Shown here piece after piece: positions 10,026 through 19,558 of a stretch of DNA of 64,000 nucleotides (its first letter is position 1; each line of letters opens with the position of its first letter). The notes beneath the pieces are model-generated. The model was given only the letters and a program-made list of their open reading frames with translations. It was not told the origin of the DNA and made no database searches. Both the position numbers and the translations under genes were made by a program. The stretch is from Candidatus Bathyarchaeia archaeon (GTDB lineage: Archaea; Thermoproteota; Bathyarchaeia; Bathyarchaeales; Bathycorpusculaceae), in contig JAVZNC010000002.1 of NCBI GenBank assembly GCA_038882955.1, positions 203,691 to 267,690 of the forward strand. Reading direction: 5' to 3'.

Positions 10026-10192
10026 TGGTTTGGCTTTTAAGAAAATGTGAAAGGTGTGGAGCTTACACTTTAAAAAAGAAAACTTGTCCTTACTGCGGTG
10101 GAAAGGTTCGTGTGCCACATCCGCCAAAGTTTTCTCCAGATGACAAGTATCTTAAGTATAGGATGATTTTGAAAGAGGGACGCGAAAAGTGA
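10025..10192 (+). CDS. nop10: H/ACA RNP protein Nop10 (55 aa, absent from the ORF track).
   Basis: My translation is MVWLLRKCERCGAYTLKKKTCPYCGGKVRVPHPPKFSPDDKYLKYRMILKEGREK. It overlaps the aIF2alpha stop by 1 nt and the next gene's start by 4 nt. This is the conserved archaeal position. Confidence 0.85.
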   Translation: MVWLLRKCERCGAYTLKKKTCPYCGGKVRVPHPPKFSPDDKYLKYRMILKEGREK

Positions 10193-10962
10193 AAGAAACT
10201 TTTGTTAAGGAACTTGTAAAGGTTGAATTAAACAGTCCCGTTTTAATAGAGGGATTGCCTGGTCTTGGACTGGTTGGCAAGATAGCCACGCGCTACTTGA
10301 TAAGGCAGTTAAGGGCTGAAAGGTTCGCGTATCTTTATTCTCCACATTTTCCATATTTCGTTCTCGTCAATAAGAAGGGAAGTGTTAGGCTTCTGCGTGG
10401 GACATTTTATTTCTGGAAAAACAGCAAAGGTGGCAGCGACCTAATCTTGTTCACTGGAGACAGCCAAGCGCAGACGATTGAGGGGCAATATGAAATTTCC
10501 GACACGATTTTGAATTTTGCGAAAGAGCACAACGTGAAAACGATTATTACTGTTGGAGGCTACCGCATGGAAGTGATGGATAAGCCAAAAGTTATTGCGT
10601 CTGCAACTGATGCGGAATTGTTGAATAAGGCTTTGCAGGCTGGCGCCGTCATGAGTCCAGCTGGGAATCCTATTGTTGGAACTGCTGGTTTGATATTAGG
10701 CATGGCGCGCTTCAAGAGAATTGGCGCTATTTGTCTCTTGGGGGAAACGCGTGGTTATTTGCCTGATCCTAAGGCTGCGAAAAGTGTGTTGGATGTTCTG
10801 CTTTCTTTGGTTAAGGTTGATTTGGATTTGCGTGGTTTGGATGAGGAAATTGCTAAGGCGGAGAAGATGATTACTCGTTTGCAGAAGATTGAGGAAAAGA
10901 GAATTTTGCAAGCTGAAGAAACGCGGAAGGAAGAAGACAAGAAAATAACCTACATTTCCTAG
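10189..10962 (+). CDS. PAC2-family proteasome assembly chaperone-like protein.
   Basis: LIEGLPGLGLVGKIA N-terminal motif. It sits in the conserved position downstream of nop10. There is a coiled-coil acidic tail. Confidence 0.65.
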   Translation: MKETFVKELVKVELNSPVLIEGLPGLGLVGKIATRYLIRQLRAERFAYLYSPHFPYFVLVNKKGSVRLLRGTFYFWKNSKGGSDLILFTGDSQAQTIEGQYEISDTILNFAKEHNVKTIITVGGYRMEVMDKPKVIASATDAELLNKALQAGAVMSPAGNPIVGTAGLILGMARFKRIGAICLLGETRGYLPDPKAAKSVLDVLLSLVKVDLDLRGLDEEIAKAEKMITRLQKIEEKRILQAEETRKEEDKKITYIS

Positions 10963-10965
10963 ATG

Positions 10966-12054
10966 TTAAAGAGCCATTTCCTCCTTAATTATTTTTGCAA
11001 TCTTTTCAGCTGCTTTGCCATCCCCGTACGGCGAGCGTTTCGGCAGCGGTTTTGGATGTTCCAGCGTCCTTGTTATTCCACTGATTATTTCTTCCTTTTT
11101 TATGCCAATGACCTCTGCAAAGCCCGCTTTTACGGCTTCTGGTCTTTCGGTTGAAAGTCGGATAACAAGAACATGCTTTCTCATGCAAGGCGCTGTTGCC
11201 TCTTCTTGGATTCCGCCAGAATCTGTTATTATCAATTTGCAATTTTTCATCAAAACAAGAAAGTCAAAATATCCAAGCGGCGGTAAGACTTGAACATTTT
11301 CGGACTTCTTGATTTTCGAGTAAATTCCGTTTCTTCGCAGTCTTTTTCGTGTGCGAGGATGCATTGGATAAACAATTGGTATTGGCGCTTCAGAAAAGGC
11401 ATCCACAAAATTCTTTAAGACTTCAGGGTTGTCCACGTTTTCCGCTCTGTGGGCTGTTACTAAGGCGAACTCCTTGAAGCGTACTTCCCCTAGAATTTTT
11501 GATTTTCTTTCGGCTATTGGTAGATGCTGGATTGCAGCGTCTATGACAGTGTTTCCAGTAACATAGATTTTGCCCCAAACATTCTCGCTTTTTAGGTTGG
11601 CTTCTGCAATTTTTGTTGGCGCGAAAAGGTATGTTGAAATGTGGTCTGTTAGGCGCCTGTTATGTTCTTCTGGCATTCGTAAATCAAAGCTTCTTAACCC
11701 AGCTTCTACATGTCCAACAAATATGTCGAGTTTAACCGATGCTAGCGCTGTTGCGAGAACTCCGTTTGTGTCGCCTTCAACGAGAACCAGTGATGGTGAA
11801 GTCTGTCTCATTAATTTTTCCATGTGAGCCATTATTCTGGCGGTTTGCATCCCTTGCGAGTACGCTTTAACTTTGTAACCGTAGTTTGGCGTTGGGAGTT
11901 CGAGTTCTTCGATGAATTGCTGCGACATGTTATAGTCGTAGTGTTGACCGCAATGAACAAAAGTTAAGGGCATACTGCGTTTTTGCAGCTCTCTGATAAG
12001 CGGAGCCATTTTTATTATTTCTGGACGTGTGCCAACAACAACCATTATTGTCAT
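10966..12054 (-). CDS. wecB: UDP-N-acetylglucosamine 2-epimerase (non-hydrolysing).
   Basis: MVVVGTRPEIIKMAPL.., VEGDTNGVLA.., HVEAGLRSFD...PEE.NR, and TDSGGIQEEA. Confidence 0.85.
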   Translation of the reverse strand: MTIMVVVGTRPEIIKMAPLIRELQKRSMPLTFVHCGQHYDYNMSQQFIEELELPTPNYGYKVKAYSQGMQTARIMAHMEKLMRQTSPSLVLVEGDTNGVLATALASVKLDIFVGHVEAGLRSFDLRMPEEHNRRLTDHISTYLFAPTKIAEANLKSENVWGKIYVTGNTVIDAAIQHLPIAERKSKILGEVRFKEFALVTAHRAENVDNPEVLKNFVDAFSEAPIPIVYPMHPRTRKRLRRNGIYSKIKKSENVQVLPPLGYFDFLVLMKNCKLIITDSGGIQEEATAPCMRKHVLVIRLSTERPEAVKAGFAEVIGIKKEEIISGITRTLEHPKPLPKRSPYGDGKAAEKIAKIIKEEMAL

Positions 12055-12249
12055 TTATTTCCATCCTTCAACATGAGACTCAAGCATTTTTGTGATGGTT
12101 TAAGTTTAATTTTGGATATTTCTGAGAAGTTTTAAGCTTTAATCAAATATTCAGATAATAATCTTTAAGTTGCGTTGGTTTTTGTTACGTACAAAGAAAC
12201 TTACTTTTCGTTTCCATTAATTTTTCAGAAATTTCAGTTGGGATAGTAT

Positions 12250-12810
12250 ATGCGCGTATTTAAGAGTAAAAGGGGATTGAGCGTAGTAGTTACAACGTTG
12301 ATAATACTGGTCGTCTCAGTGTTGTTAGCGACCGTCGTGACGTTTTACGCAATCAACGTTACAACAACGAGGGTTCAAGAGGAAAGTCTTCAGATATTCA
12401 AATTGCACATATGGCACAATGGAACAACATTTTCCGAAGCAGCGTTCTTGATAATCAACACTGGTGGACGCGACTTAGTAATTGACAAGATAGCTGTTAG
12501 GGGTCAAGAGTGCCAATGGAGTAACGTTTACTATAACAAAACCGAGGATACTATAAACGAAGATTTGCCCTACATTATTCCACACGAAAATGGCACGCTC
12601 ATCGGTATGGTTGTGGATCTGTCGTCTGAGGACTACAGTTTGCAGCAAGCCAGTGATGACTTAATCTTGCGGTCTGGTTGGAGCATGATAGTTTACATAG
12701 TTAATCCAGATCACGTTTCAGTAAGCGACATTGGTGTTACAATTGGCATAACAGTGTTTACGGCTAATGCGCAATATTACAAGGAATCCAATGTTGAGGC
12801 AGCGCACTAG
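12250..12810 (+). CDS. Type IV pilin-like (class III signal peptide) protein.
   Basis: The N-terminus is MRVFKSKRGLS/VVVTTLIILVVSVLLATVV: a short basic leader, then a Gly-containing cleavage region, then a hydrophobic helix. Several N-x-S/T sequons are present. Confidence 0.6.
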   Translation: MRVFKSKRGLSVVVTTLIILVVSVLLATVVTFYAINVTTTRVQEESLQIFKLHIWHNGTTFSEAAFLIINTGGRDLVIDKIAVRGQECQWSNVYYNKTEDTINEDLPYIIPHENGTLIGMVVDLSSEDYSLQQASDDLILRSGWSMIVYIVNPDHVSVSDIGVTIGITVFTANAQYYKESNVEAAH

Positions 12811-12835
12811 CTACGCCTTCTTTTTCAATTATAAG

Positions 12836-14884
12836 CTATGTTTTCTTTAGATAGCCTTCCCTAGGCTCATATATCGTTCCTTCACGCAGCAACTGCCCTA
12901 TGAGGCGTTCCGCTTCCGCCCTCGGAATCTTGTATTTATTTTCCAATTCGTCTATTAGCGCTTCCCTTTCAACGATTCCCGTCTCCTTCTCCATCTCCAT
13001 AAGCTTCGAAATTATCACTTGCAGTTTGTCCCTCGCGCTTTTTGGTTTTCCAGTCATTATTATGTCTATGTCAAGCTTGAATGAAGAGACATCGATGCCA
13101 ACCTCTTCAAGTGAACGCTTCATTATCGCAATTGCAGCCTCAGCGTCCTCAGCTAAAACCTCTTTTCTTAATGCTGCTCGGGCTCTAGCCTCTGCTACGC
13201 GCACAAGCGATTCAAGTTGGCGGGCTGTAATTGCGACTGGCGAGCTTTCTGACTCGGTTATTGAACGCATTGCCAAATAGAAATCTCTGAGTCGCTCTAA
13301 CGCCTCTTGGGTTAAAACCGGCTTTATTCCCCTCGCGTAACTTATGTATTTGCGCAGCAAATCTGATGGTATTGGGGGTTCTGCAGGGCTTGAGCCTTTC
13401 CTGTGCATTTCTAGGATGTGCTCTGACATTTTGCCGTCCATTTCCTTGTTCGGCACATCCCTTAAAATGAAAATTAAATCGAATCTCGAGAGTATTGTGA
13501 CTGGCAAGGAAATGTTTTCAGCAACTGTGCGGTGCGGCACGTACCTTCCTAGTGTCGGGTTTGCAGCTGCCAGAATGGCCGTTCTAGCGTTTAATGTTGC
13601 CACGATGCCGCCTTTTGCAACTGAAACCGTGTGCTGTTCCATTGCCTCGTGGATTGCAACTCTATCCTCTGGGCGCATCTTATCCATCTCATCGATACAC
13701 GCAATTCCCTTGTCAGCCAAAACCAAAGCGCCAGCCTCAAGGCTCATTCCTCCGCCTTTTTCGCGTATTACTGCTGCTGTTAAGCCAGCTGCTGTTGTGC
13801 CGCGTCCAGACGTGTATAACCCTCGGGGTGCAACCCTTGCCACGTACTGTAAGAGCTGCGATTTCGCTGTTCCCGGGTCGCCTATCAGAAGGGCGTTTAT
13901 CTCCCCCCTTATTGTTATGTCTGGGAGATTTTTTGGGACTCCGCCAAAAAGAAGGTACATTATCGCCTCTTTTATGTGGTCATAACCATAAATTGACGGT
14001 GCAATCGAATTTATTATCTTCCTATGTATCCACGGGTCCTTTGCCAACTCTAGGATTTTTTCCTCTTCTTCTGGTGATGGAAGCGCTGTTTCAGGCTCTT
14101 TACCCAAAACTTCTATAGAATTTGCATCCAAGTGAAGTCTGAAAGTGCGAAGTTTTCCAACTCTTGGAAGTGATGGAGCTACAACCCGAACCATGCCAAC
14201 TATTGAAACGTGGTCGCCTGGTCTTGCGACATCAACTATTTCTGCTCCGACAAGCTTAATTTGTAAGGTTCTTGGGAGCTGACCTGGTGGGAGGTCTTCT
14301 GGTCTTTCTTGGACGCGCAGTTCCTGTGAATCTATGAATGCAGATTCTTCTTGAATGAAGTCGAATGGTCCTTTTGCTCCGCATTCTGGGTTTCTGCATT
14401 TAAATGGTGCTTTTAGGAATTGTCCTGTTTGGTCTTCGAATGAGAGTTCTCCGCATCTTCTGCATTTGAATGCTGCCCGTAGAACCATTGGGCGCACTGG
14501 CGTCGAGCGTACCACGATACCTTCTATCATTACCAGTTTTCCAATGTGGTCTGAACCGAGTTTTCTTAGCGGCGTTGCCTCTAGCAGCCTAACGATTCTG
14601 GCGGTTAATGTTTCCCGTTTGCTGGTGAGCCTTTCGGCGTATTCTGGGTCTTCGCTTTCAAGCTGTGCATAGGCTGCATTATTGGCGTATTGTAGGTACT
14701 CGTCTGGTTTTTCAAGGAGTTTTTCTGCAAGTTTGTTGTCAAAGATTAGGATGTCTTCAAAATCAACTATTAATGATGTTTTGCCCGCAACAGCCAACTG
14801 TGCAATTTTTTGTCTGTACTTCTCTGTTTTGAAAAATTCTTGGAACTGTTCTTGGGGGTTTACAACCTCTAATTCTCCACTCAT
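12836..14884 (-). CDS. mcm: MCM replicative helicase.
   Basis: Zn finger CRRCG..CRNPECG. Walker A is GDPGTAKSQ, Walker B is CIDEMDKM, and the arginine finger is SRFDLIF. The ATG at 14884 forms an ATGA overlap with the gins23 stop. An alternative ATG lies at 14926. Confidence 0.95.
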   Translation of the reverse strand: MSGELEVVNPQEQFQEFFKTEKYRQKIAQLAVAGKTSLIVDFEDILIFDNKLAEKLLEKPDEYLQYANNAAYAQLESEDPEYAERLTSKRETLTARIVRLLEATPLRKLGSDHIGKLVMIEGIVVRSTPVRPMVLRAAFKCRRCGELSFEDQTGQFLKAPFKCRNPECGAKGPFDFIQEESAFIDSQELRVQERPEDLPPGQLPRTLQIKLVGAEIVDVARPGDHVSIVGMVRVVAPSLPRVGKLRTFRLHLDANSIEVLGKEPETALPSPEEEEKILELAKDPWIHRKIINSIAPSIYGYDHIKEAIMYLLFGGVPKNLPDITIRGEINALLIGDPGTAKSQLLQYVARVAPRGLYTSGRGTTAAGLTAAVIREKGGGMSLEAGALVLADKGIACIDEMDKMRPEDRVAIHEAMEQHTVSVAKGGIVATLNARTAILAAANPTLGRYVPHRTVAENISLPVTILSRFDLIFILRDVPNKEMDGKMSEHILEMHRKGSSPAEPPIPSDLLRKYISYARGIKPVLTQEALERLRDFYLAMRSITESESSPVAITARQLESLVRVAEARARAALRKEVLAEDAEAAIAIMKRSLEEVGIDVSSFKLDIDIIMTGKPKSARDKLQVIISKLMEMEKETGIVEREALIDELENKYKIPRAEAERLIGQLLREGTIYEPREGYLKKT

Positions 14885-15456
14885 TCTCCTCGCTCCTCTT
14901 CGTGCTCCAATATTTGAGCTTTCCATCTGTGGATAAGTTTGCGTAAACGTTCGTAAATTAGCCTTTCCTCACGCGTGAGGTTTTTCAAAATCTGTTCGGT
15001 TTGTCCAAAATTTGCAGTTGCCAGCGAAACAATCTTTTTTAGGCGCGCGTTAATCATGTCACGTATCACTTGCCTACTTTTTTCGTATTCCCTCATCTTT
15101 TCTGGAGACTTTGCCGAAGCCTTCTTTAGCTCCGCCAAATACCTTCGCAATTTTGGATAAAAGTTCTCTGGAAGCTTTGATATCTGGCTTGGCGTTTGGA
15201 CGCGTTCCATCCACTGAATCTTATAAATCTTTTTCGCATCCAAAAGTTCTTCTTCACGAAAGCGGACAATTCCAGCCCTTTCAAGTTCTTGTGCAATCCA
15301 GAACGGTACTTCGTACACATTTCCTTCTTCGAAAGGTCCAACATTCAGCCCCACAAGCTTAATTTCGGGGCAGTTCCTGTTTGCAATAACGCTTACTGGC
15401 AAATTTTCAAATTCGAAGTCTAAAGTTTTGATGTTTGGCAAAGTCTTTTCCTGCAT
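14881..15456 (-). CDS. gins23: GINS subunit Gins23 (B-domain first, permuted relative to Gins51).
   Basis: It lies directly upstream of mcm and is translationally coupled to it. The LPENFYPKLRRYLAEL A-domain motif sits in the C-terminal half. The start at 15456 is preceded by GGAAAGAGGAA. The ORF-track start at 15543 looks spurious. Confidence 0.65.
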   Translation of the reverse strand: MQEKTLPNIKTLDFEFENLPVSVIANRNCPEIKLVGLNVGPFEEGNVYEVPFWIAQELERAGIVRFREEELLDAKKIYKIQWMERVQTPSQISKLPENFYPKLRRYLAELKKASAKSPEKMREYEKSRQVIRDMINARLKKIVSLATANFGQTEQILKNLTREERLIYERLRKLIHRWKAQILEHEEERGE

Positions 15457-15590
15457 TTCCTCTTTCCCTTTATTTAGGACTATTTTCGCGTAGAAGATAT
15501 AAGGACAGTAGTTTAAAAATTTAGATTGCGAAATTAAAAACACGAAGGTTGTATGAGAAAATTGAATCTAGTCGATTCTGCGGTTTTCTG

Positions 15591-16850
15591 TTAAGGCCAT
15601 AGCCCCAATGTTTTTATTGCTTCGCTTACTCTTCCGATGCCAAGCATCAAAGCTGCTGTGCGCATGCTCTCTTTCTCCTTCTCCATCAAGTTGTAAACGT
15701 CATTAAACGCCTTCACCATAATGTTCTCGAGTTTTCTGTTCACTTCTTCAAGTGTCCAATGTTCCCTTGTCAGGTTTTGAACCCACTCGAAATAGCTTGC
15801 GGTTACACCGCCAGCATTTGCCAATATGTCTGGAACTAGGAAAACTCTTTTTTCCCGAAGTATTTTATCTGCCTCTGGAGTTGTCGGTCCGTTTGCACCT
15901 TCAACTATTATTTTTGCTCTTATCCTGTTTGCGTTGGCTTTTGTTATCTGGTTTTCAAGCGCCGCTGGTATTAGGATGTCACATTTTGTCTCAAGCAATT
16001 CTTCGTTTGATATATTCTTGCATTTTGGATAATTGATTACCGAGCCAGTTTTCATTTTATGTTCGTAAACTTTGCGTGGGTTTAACCCGTCTGGGCAATA
16101 AATTCCTCCAGCGGAATCGCTAACTGCCACGATTTTGCATCCCATGTCATGTGCGATTTTAGCTGCGTTCCATCCGACGTTTCCGTAGCCTTGCACTGCA
16201 GCTGTTGCGCCCTTAAACTTTAAGCCTAAACGTTTTGCTGCTTCTCTTGCGCAGATTACAACTCCTCTTGAGGTAGCTTCTTCTCTACCCTCAGAGCCTC
16301 CTACGCTTATTGGTTTGCCAGTGACGCATTCTGGTACGCTGTAACCTTTGTATTGGCTGTATGTGTCCATTATCCATGCCATTGTTTGCGCGTCTGTGTA
16401 CACGTCTGGTGCTGGCACATCACGGTATGGTCCAATATAGTCAAGAATTAGACTTGTGTATCTTCTTGTGAGCCTTTCCAGTTCAGTTTTTGACATTTCT
16501 TTCGGGTTGCAGCATACTCCGCCTTTTGCCCCTCCGTATGGAATGTCTACGACTGCGCATTTCCAAGTCATCCACATGGCGAGTGCTGTTACTTCTTCGA
16601 GTGTTACATTTGGGTGATAGCGTATGCCGCCTTTGAATGGTCCACGTGCATCCCAGTGTTGAACACGGCATCCATTGAATGTGCGTATGCTTCCGTCATC
16701 CATCCTTATTGTAATGGAAACAATTAACGACCTTTTAGGATGCTTCAGCATCTCATGGGTTCCAGGGTCTAAATTTAGTTTTTCAGCGGCTATTTCTAAC
16801 TGTTCCAAAGCCACATCTAATGCTGTTTGTTGCTCTTTCATATTCTCCAC
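15591..16850 (-). CDS. gdhA: Glutamate dehydrogenase (canonical 419 aa).
   Basis: GGIRYHP, PYGGAKGG, VQGYGNVG Rossmann motif, and EGANGPTTPEAD. Confidence 0.9.
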   Translation of the reverse strand: MENMKEQQTALDVALEQLEIAAEKLNLDPGTHEMLKHPKRSLIVSITIRMDDGSIRTFNGCRVQHWDARGPFKGGIRYHPNVTLEEVTALAMWMTWKCAVVDIPYGGAKGGVCCNPKEMSKTELERLTRRYTSLILDYIGPYRDVPAPDVYTDAQTMAWIMDTYSQYKGYSVPECVTGKPISVGGSEGREEATSRGVVICAREAAKRLGLKFKGATAAVQGYGNVGWNAAKIAHDMGCKIVAVSDSAGGIYCPDGLNPRKVYEHKMKTGSVINYPKCKNISNEELLETKCDILIPAALENQITKANANRIRAKIIVEGANGPTTPEADKILREKRVFLVPDILANAGGVTASYFEWVQNLTREHWTLEEVNRKLENIMVKAFNDVYNLMEKEKESMRTAALMLGIGRVSEAIKTLGLWP

Positions 16851-16923
16851 TCCTTACTATGTTTCTTCGCTAGTGGTTTTAAAACTTGTTCTGCGTGAAA
16901 CTTAAAAAAGAAGAGGAGGTTGG

Positions 16924-18540
16924 TTAGTCTAATATTCTTTCGATGGCATCTGCTTCAATCTCGTGCGGTAATGGTATGCCTGTCACTTTTGCGGCGATTT
17001 CTGATAGGCTCATCAGATCGTTTCTGTTTATTAGTTCCAGTTTCCATTTTCTGTTTCCAGCCAAGAGCTGCTTTAAGCCGACGCCTATGCGGTCTGTCAA
17101 GTAAGTGTAAAGTGCAACTGCTTCCCATGGAATTTCTTTGAAGCGTTCGCCATGCTTTTCCTTGAGTTCCGGCGCTGCGATGAAGAATTTGTCTGGAGTG
17201 TTTCCGAATCTGTCCGCGAAGGCTTTTGGCAGTTTGCCCTCTTCAGCCAATTGTTTGAAGTAGTTTGCCTTCATTACAGCGGTTAATGGTGAGCGTCCCA
17301 TCAGAACCGCCTTCACGAACGGTCCGTCTCCGAAGTTGCTCATGGCGATTGCCTTGAAAATTTGTGTTTCGTTTATGAAGCCCCCAGCCATAATCAAGTC
17401 TGGAACGTATCTGCCCTTCTTTTTCAGTAATTGTGCGCACTTCAGAACTATTGCTTCTAAGTAAACGGTTGGTATGCTCATCTCGTCCATCATTGGAACG
17501 GGGCTCATTCCAGTTCCGCCGCCAGCACCGTCAAAGTATACCGCGTCAATCTTTGCTTCGGAGGCTATTTTTAGGGTGTATGCCACTGCTGTTGGTCTGT
17601 ATGCGCCAGTTTTTAGTGTCACGTGCTTTGCGCCTTGCTTGCGCAGCCATTCTATGTCTTCAATCATGTTCTTTTCTTTCGGTATTCCAACGCGGCTGTG
17701 TCTCTCGAAGGATTTGAAGACTCCTTCTTTGAATGCTTGCTGCACTGTAGGGTCTTCTGGGTCTGGGATAACTATATATCCTCTTTTCTTTAGCATTATC
17801 GCCTTTTGCAAGTCTCTTACGCGAACCTCGCCTCCAATCGCCTTTGCTCCTTGTCCCCACTTTCTCTCTATTACGTTGACTTCCAGTTTTGAGATGGCGT
17901 AGACGTCAACTCCCAAGCGTTGGTCTTCAACGTTTGTTTGGACGGCTATGTCTCCGTATTTTTCATCCCAGAACTTCCTGAACAAGTCTACTCTGCGTTT
18001 TAATTCTTTCGAATAGGTGACCTTGCCATTTGTGAATTGCGCTTCTGGGTCCATGCCGCAGACGTTTTCTCCGACGATTATTATGGCGCCTGACAATGCT
18101 GTGCCTATGGCTAATCCTTCCCAGTTTAGTCTTGCAACGTCTGTTGAGCCGAAGGCGCCGCATAAAACTGGTATTTTTAGTGGTATGCCTGCAACGACCG
18201 TTTCTGTGCTTGCGTTTGGAAACAGCGCAACATCGGAGTTTTCCTCTATTCCTAAAGCTTCAAAAAGTCCAGCTTGTATGTTGAAGTGTGACCAATCCAG
18301 TCCAAAGTCTTTGAGGGCGCCTGCTGTGCTGTATCCGAATTGTACTGGTTCTGGGTATAGTGCTTCTCTTCCTCTGAAAGCTGAAAGTCCAATTTCGCAC
18401 ATTATTGGGCAGTCGCGGATGCATATCGGGCACATTCCGCTTGTTGGGCTTGTGTCTTTGACTCGTGTGGTTGTTCCTGTTGTCGATTTTCCGTTCAAAT
18501 AAGAACTGTTTCTAAACACGCGTTCGGTCATCTTCTTCAC
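16924..18540 (-). CDS. Stand-alone glutamate synthase large-subunit-like FMN domain protein (GltB domain 2 family).
   Basis: TIM-barrel FMN motifs are present (DGAGGGTGMSP, IMAGGF). There is an N-terminal Cys cluster CPICIRDCPIMCE. No adjacent amidotransferase domain or GltD partner is present. Confidence 0.75.
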   Translation of the reverse strand: MKKMTERVFRNSSYLNGKSTTGTTTRVKDTSPTSGMCPICIRDCPIMCEIGLSAFRGREALYPEPVQFGYSTAGALKDFGLDWSHFNIQAGLFEALGIEENSDVALFPNASTETVVAGIPLKIPVLCGAFGSTDVARLNWEGLAIGTALSGAIIIVGENVCGMDPEAQFTNGKVTYSKELKRRVDLFRKFWDEKYGDIAVQTNVEDQRLGVDVYAISKLEVNVIERKWGQGAKAIGGEVRVRDLQKAIMLKKRGYIVIPDPEDPTVQQAFKEGVFKSFERHSRVGIPKEKNMIEDIEWLRKQGAKHVTLKTGAYRPTAVAYTLKIASEAKIDAVYFDGAGGGTGMSPVPMMDEMSIPTVYLEAIVLKCAQLLKKKGRYVPDLIMAGGFINETQIFKAIAMSNFGDGPFVKAVLMGRSPLTAVMKANYFKQLAEEGKLPKAFADRFGNTPDKFFIAAPELKEKHGERFKEIPWEAVALYTYLTDRIGVGLKQLLAGNRKWKLELINRNDLMSLSEIAAKVTGIPLPHEIEADAIERILD

Positions 18541-18618
18541 CCTTTTACGTTTGTAAATTTCGGTATGAAGGGGTTAATTTTAGTCAACATTTAAACATTA
18601 CCCTAGAAACAGCGAAAA

Positions 18619-18638
18619 ATGAACATGAATGTACATGA
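18619..18638. promoter_or_regulatory. Tandem ATG(A/T)ACATGA boxes upstream of the GltB-like gene (candidate operator).
   Basis: ATGAACATGA (18619-18628) is followed immediately by ATGTACATGA (18629-18638). Extra AACAT half-sites at 18586-18598 flank a TTTAAA TATA-like element. Confidence 0.3.
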
Positions 18639-18660
18639 AGCGTGCAATTTTACCTCGCCA

Positions 18661-19386
18661 TTAAAGAACATCTATTTGTAAGCCCTTAACTGTGTACTCT
18701 CGCCGCTGATATGTTTGCGGATTATACCTTCCACCAGCCTTCTTTATCTGCAAAAAGTTTTTGTCACCCTGCCTTGAAAGGTCAATAACAACTTGTGTCA
18801 TATGCTCAATTATTGCACAAAACTCTTTTGGATGCGCGTTCTTCGCCATCGTCCAACAAGCAAGAGTTTGATAAGCATACAATGCGGGGCAAACATGCCC
18901 AAAAAACGTCTTGACCGCGTCTCTTCCCCAATTATGCTCCATAATTGACAAACTGTTAAAAACAAGCCTTGTACCTGGAGTTACAAATTCTCTTTCAATT
19001 CTCCCGAAAAAGTGGTGAAAACGCTCTGGATCTTTGGAGCTTGGAACTTTTCTAATCCACGTTGGTGCCTTGTCATAAAAATCACTGAATATGAGTTCGC
19101 CTTGTCCAGCTGCTTCTGAAAAACAGTCTAATACTAGCAGTTTCTTTTCCCATCCGTCTGGCAATGACTTGGTTAACGGTTCAAGTTGGAGTATCAGCGC
19201 TTGTGGAGGATATATGAAATCTAGGTAAATTACCTGCTTTCCTTCTAATAGTCCTTGACGCATAAATGAATATAAAAATTCTCTCGCGAAGGTTCCAGAT
19301 TCAACCTCCCACAAAACATTCTCTCCTAGGAATAAACCGCCTTCAAGGAGCTTGTCTAGGCTTTTTATTCCAGTTGAATGAGGCAT
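18661..19386 (-). CDS. KaiC/RecA-superfamily protein with a degenerate Walker A.
   Basis: TGIKSLDKLLEGGLFLGENVLWEVESGTFAREFLYSF aligns to the KaiC-like consensus G.LD.LLGGGL..G...L..G.PGTGKT, but the GKT is replaced. A Walker-B-like LVLDCFSE is present. The start is taken at M34. The 33 upstream codons look non-coding. Confidence 0.5.
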   Translation of the reverse strand: MPHSTGIKSLDKLLEGGLFLGENVLWEVESGTFAREFLYSFMRQGLLEGKQVIYLDFIYPPQALILQLEPLTKSLPDGWEKKLLVLDCFSEAAGQGELIFSDFYDKAPTWIRKVPSSKDPERFHHFFGRIEREFVTPGTRLVFNSLSIMEHNWGRDAVKTFFGHVCPALYAYQTLACWTMAKNAHPKEFCAIIEHMTQVVIDLSRQGDKNFLQIKKAGGRYNPQTYQRREYTVKGLQIDVL

Positions 19387-19487
19387 TTGTTTTTCGCTTG
19401 TCAATGTTGTGCACCGTGTGTAAGAGTTTGCGGGCACCATTAAAAATGTTATGTTGTAATTTGGTTGTTTTATTGTGTTGTACAAGT

Positions 19488-19525
19488 GTGTACATAATGG
19501 ACATAATATTTCTATAGTTGAACAT
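19488..19525. promoter_or_regulatory. Related boxes in the divergent KaiC-like / GDH2 intergenic region (candidate operator).
   Basis: GTGTACAT (19488-19495), ATGGACAT (19497-19504) and TTGAACAT (19518-19525). ATGTTATGTT at 19446-19455 lies on the other side. Confidence 0.3.
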
Positions 19526-19558
19526 TGCTTTTGTTAGTCTTCGGAAGGTGTGAAAAAG

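Noticed and set aside
9636-10127. 163-aa minus-strand ORF across aIF2alpha and nop10.
   Set aside because: It is antisense to two well-supported conserved genes and has no motif content.
12055-12249. AT-rich 195-bp intergenic region near mcm as a possible replication origin with ORB elements.
   Set aside because: Only isolated GTTTCCA-like fragments are present. There are no repeated or inverted ORB or mini-ORB boxes, and no orc1/cdc6 gene in the window.
14885-14926. Longer N-terminal extensions of mcm (to 14926), gins23 (to 15543), the KaiC-like gene (to 19485), the MFS gene (from 42957) and the GlmU-like gene (to 42111).
   Set aside because: The extensions add non-conserved, atypical residues and create long overlaps. 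The internal starts give family-typical N-termini, SD-like sequences or ATGA coupling. The alternatives are noted in the feature evidence.
12900-14936. Several long plus-strand ORFs (126-213 aa) overlapping mcm on the opposite strand.
   Set aside because: They are antisense shadows of a gene with unambiguous MCM motifs. Their translations are low-complexity Ser/Pro/Leu-rich with no recognisable motifs.
15826-16032. 68-aa ORF antisense to GDH1 that is clearly similar to an 81-aa ORF antisense to GDH2 (20833-21078).
   Set aside because: The similarity follows from the paralogy of the two GDH genes on the sense strands. It is not evidence for a conserved antisense gene.
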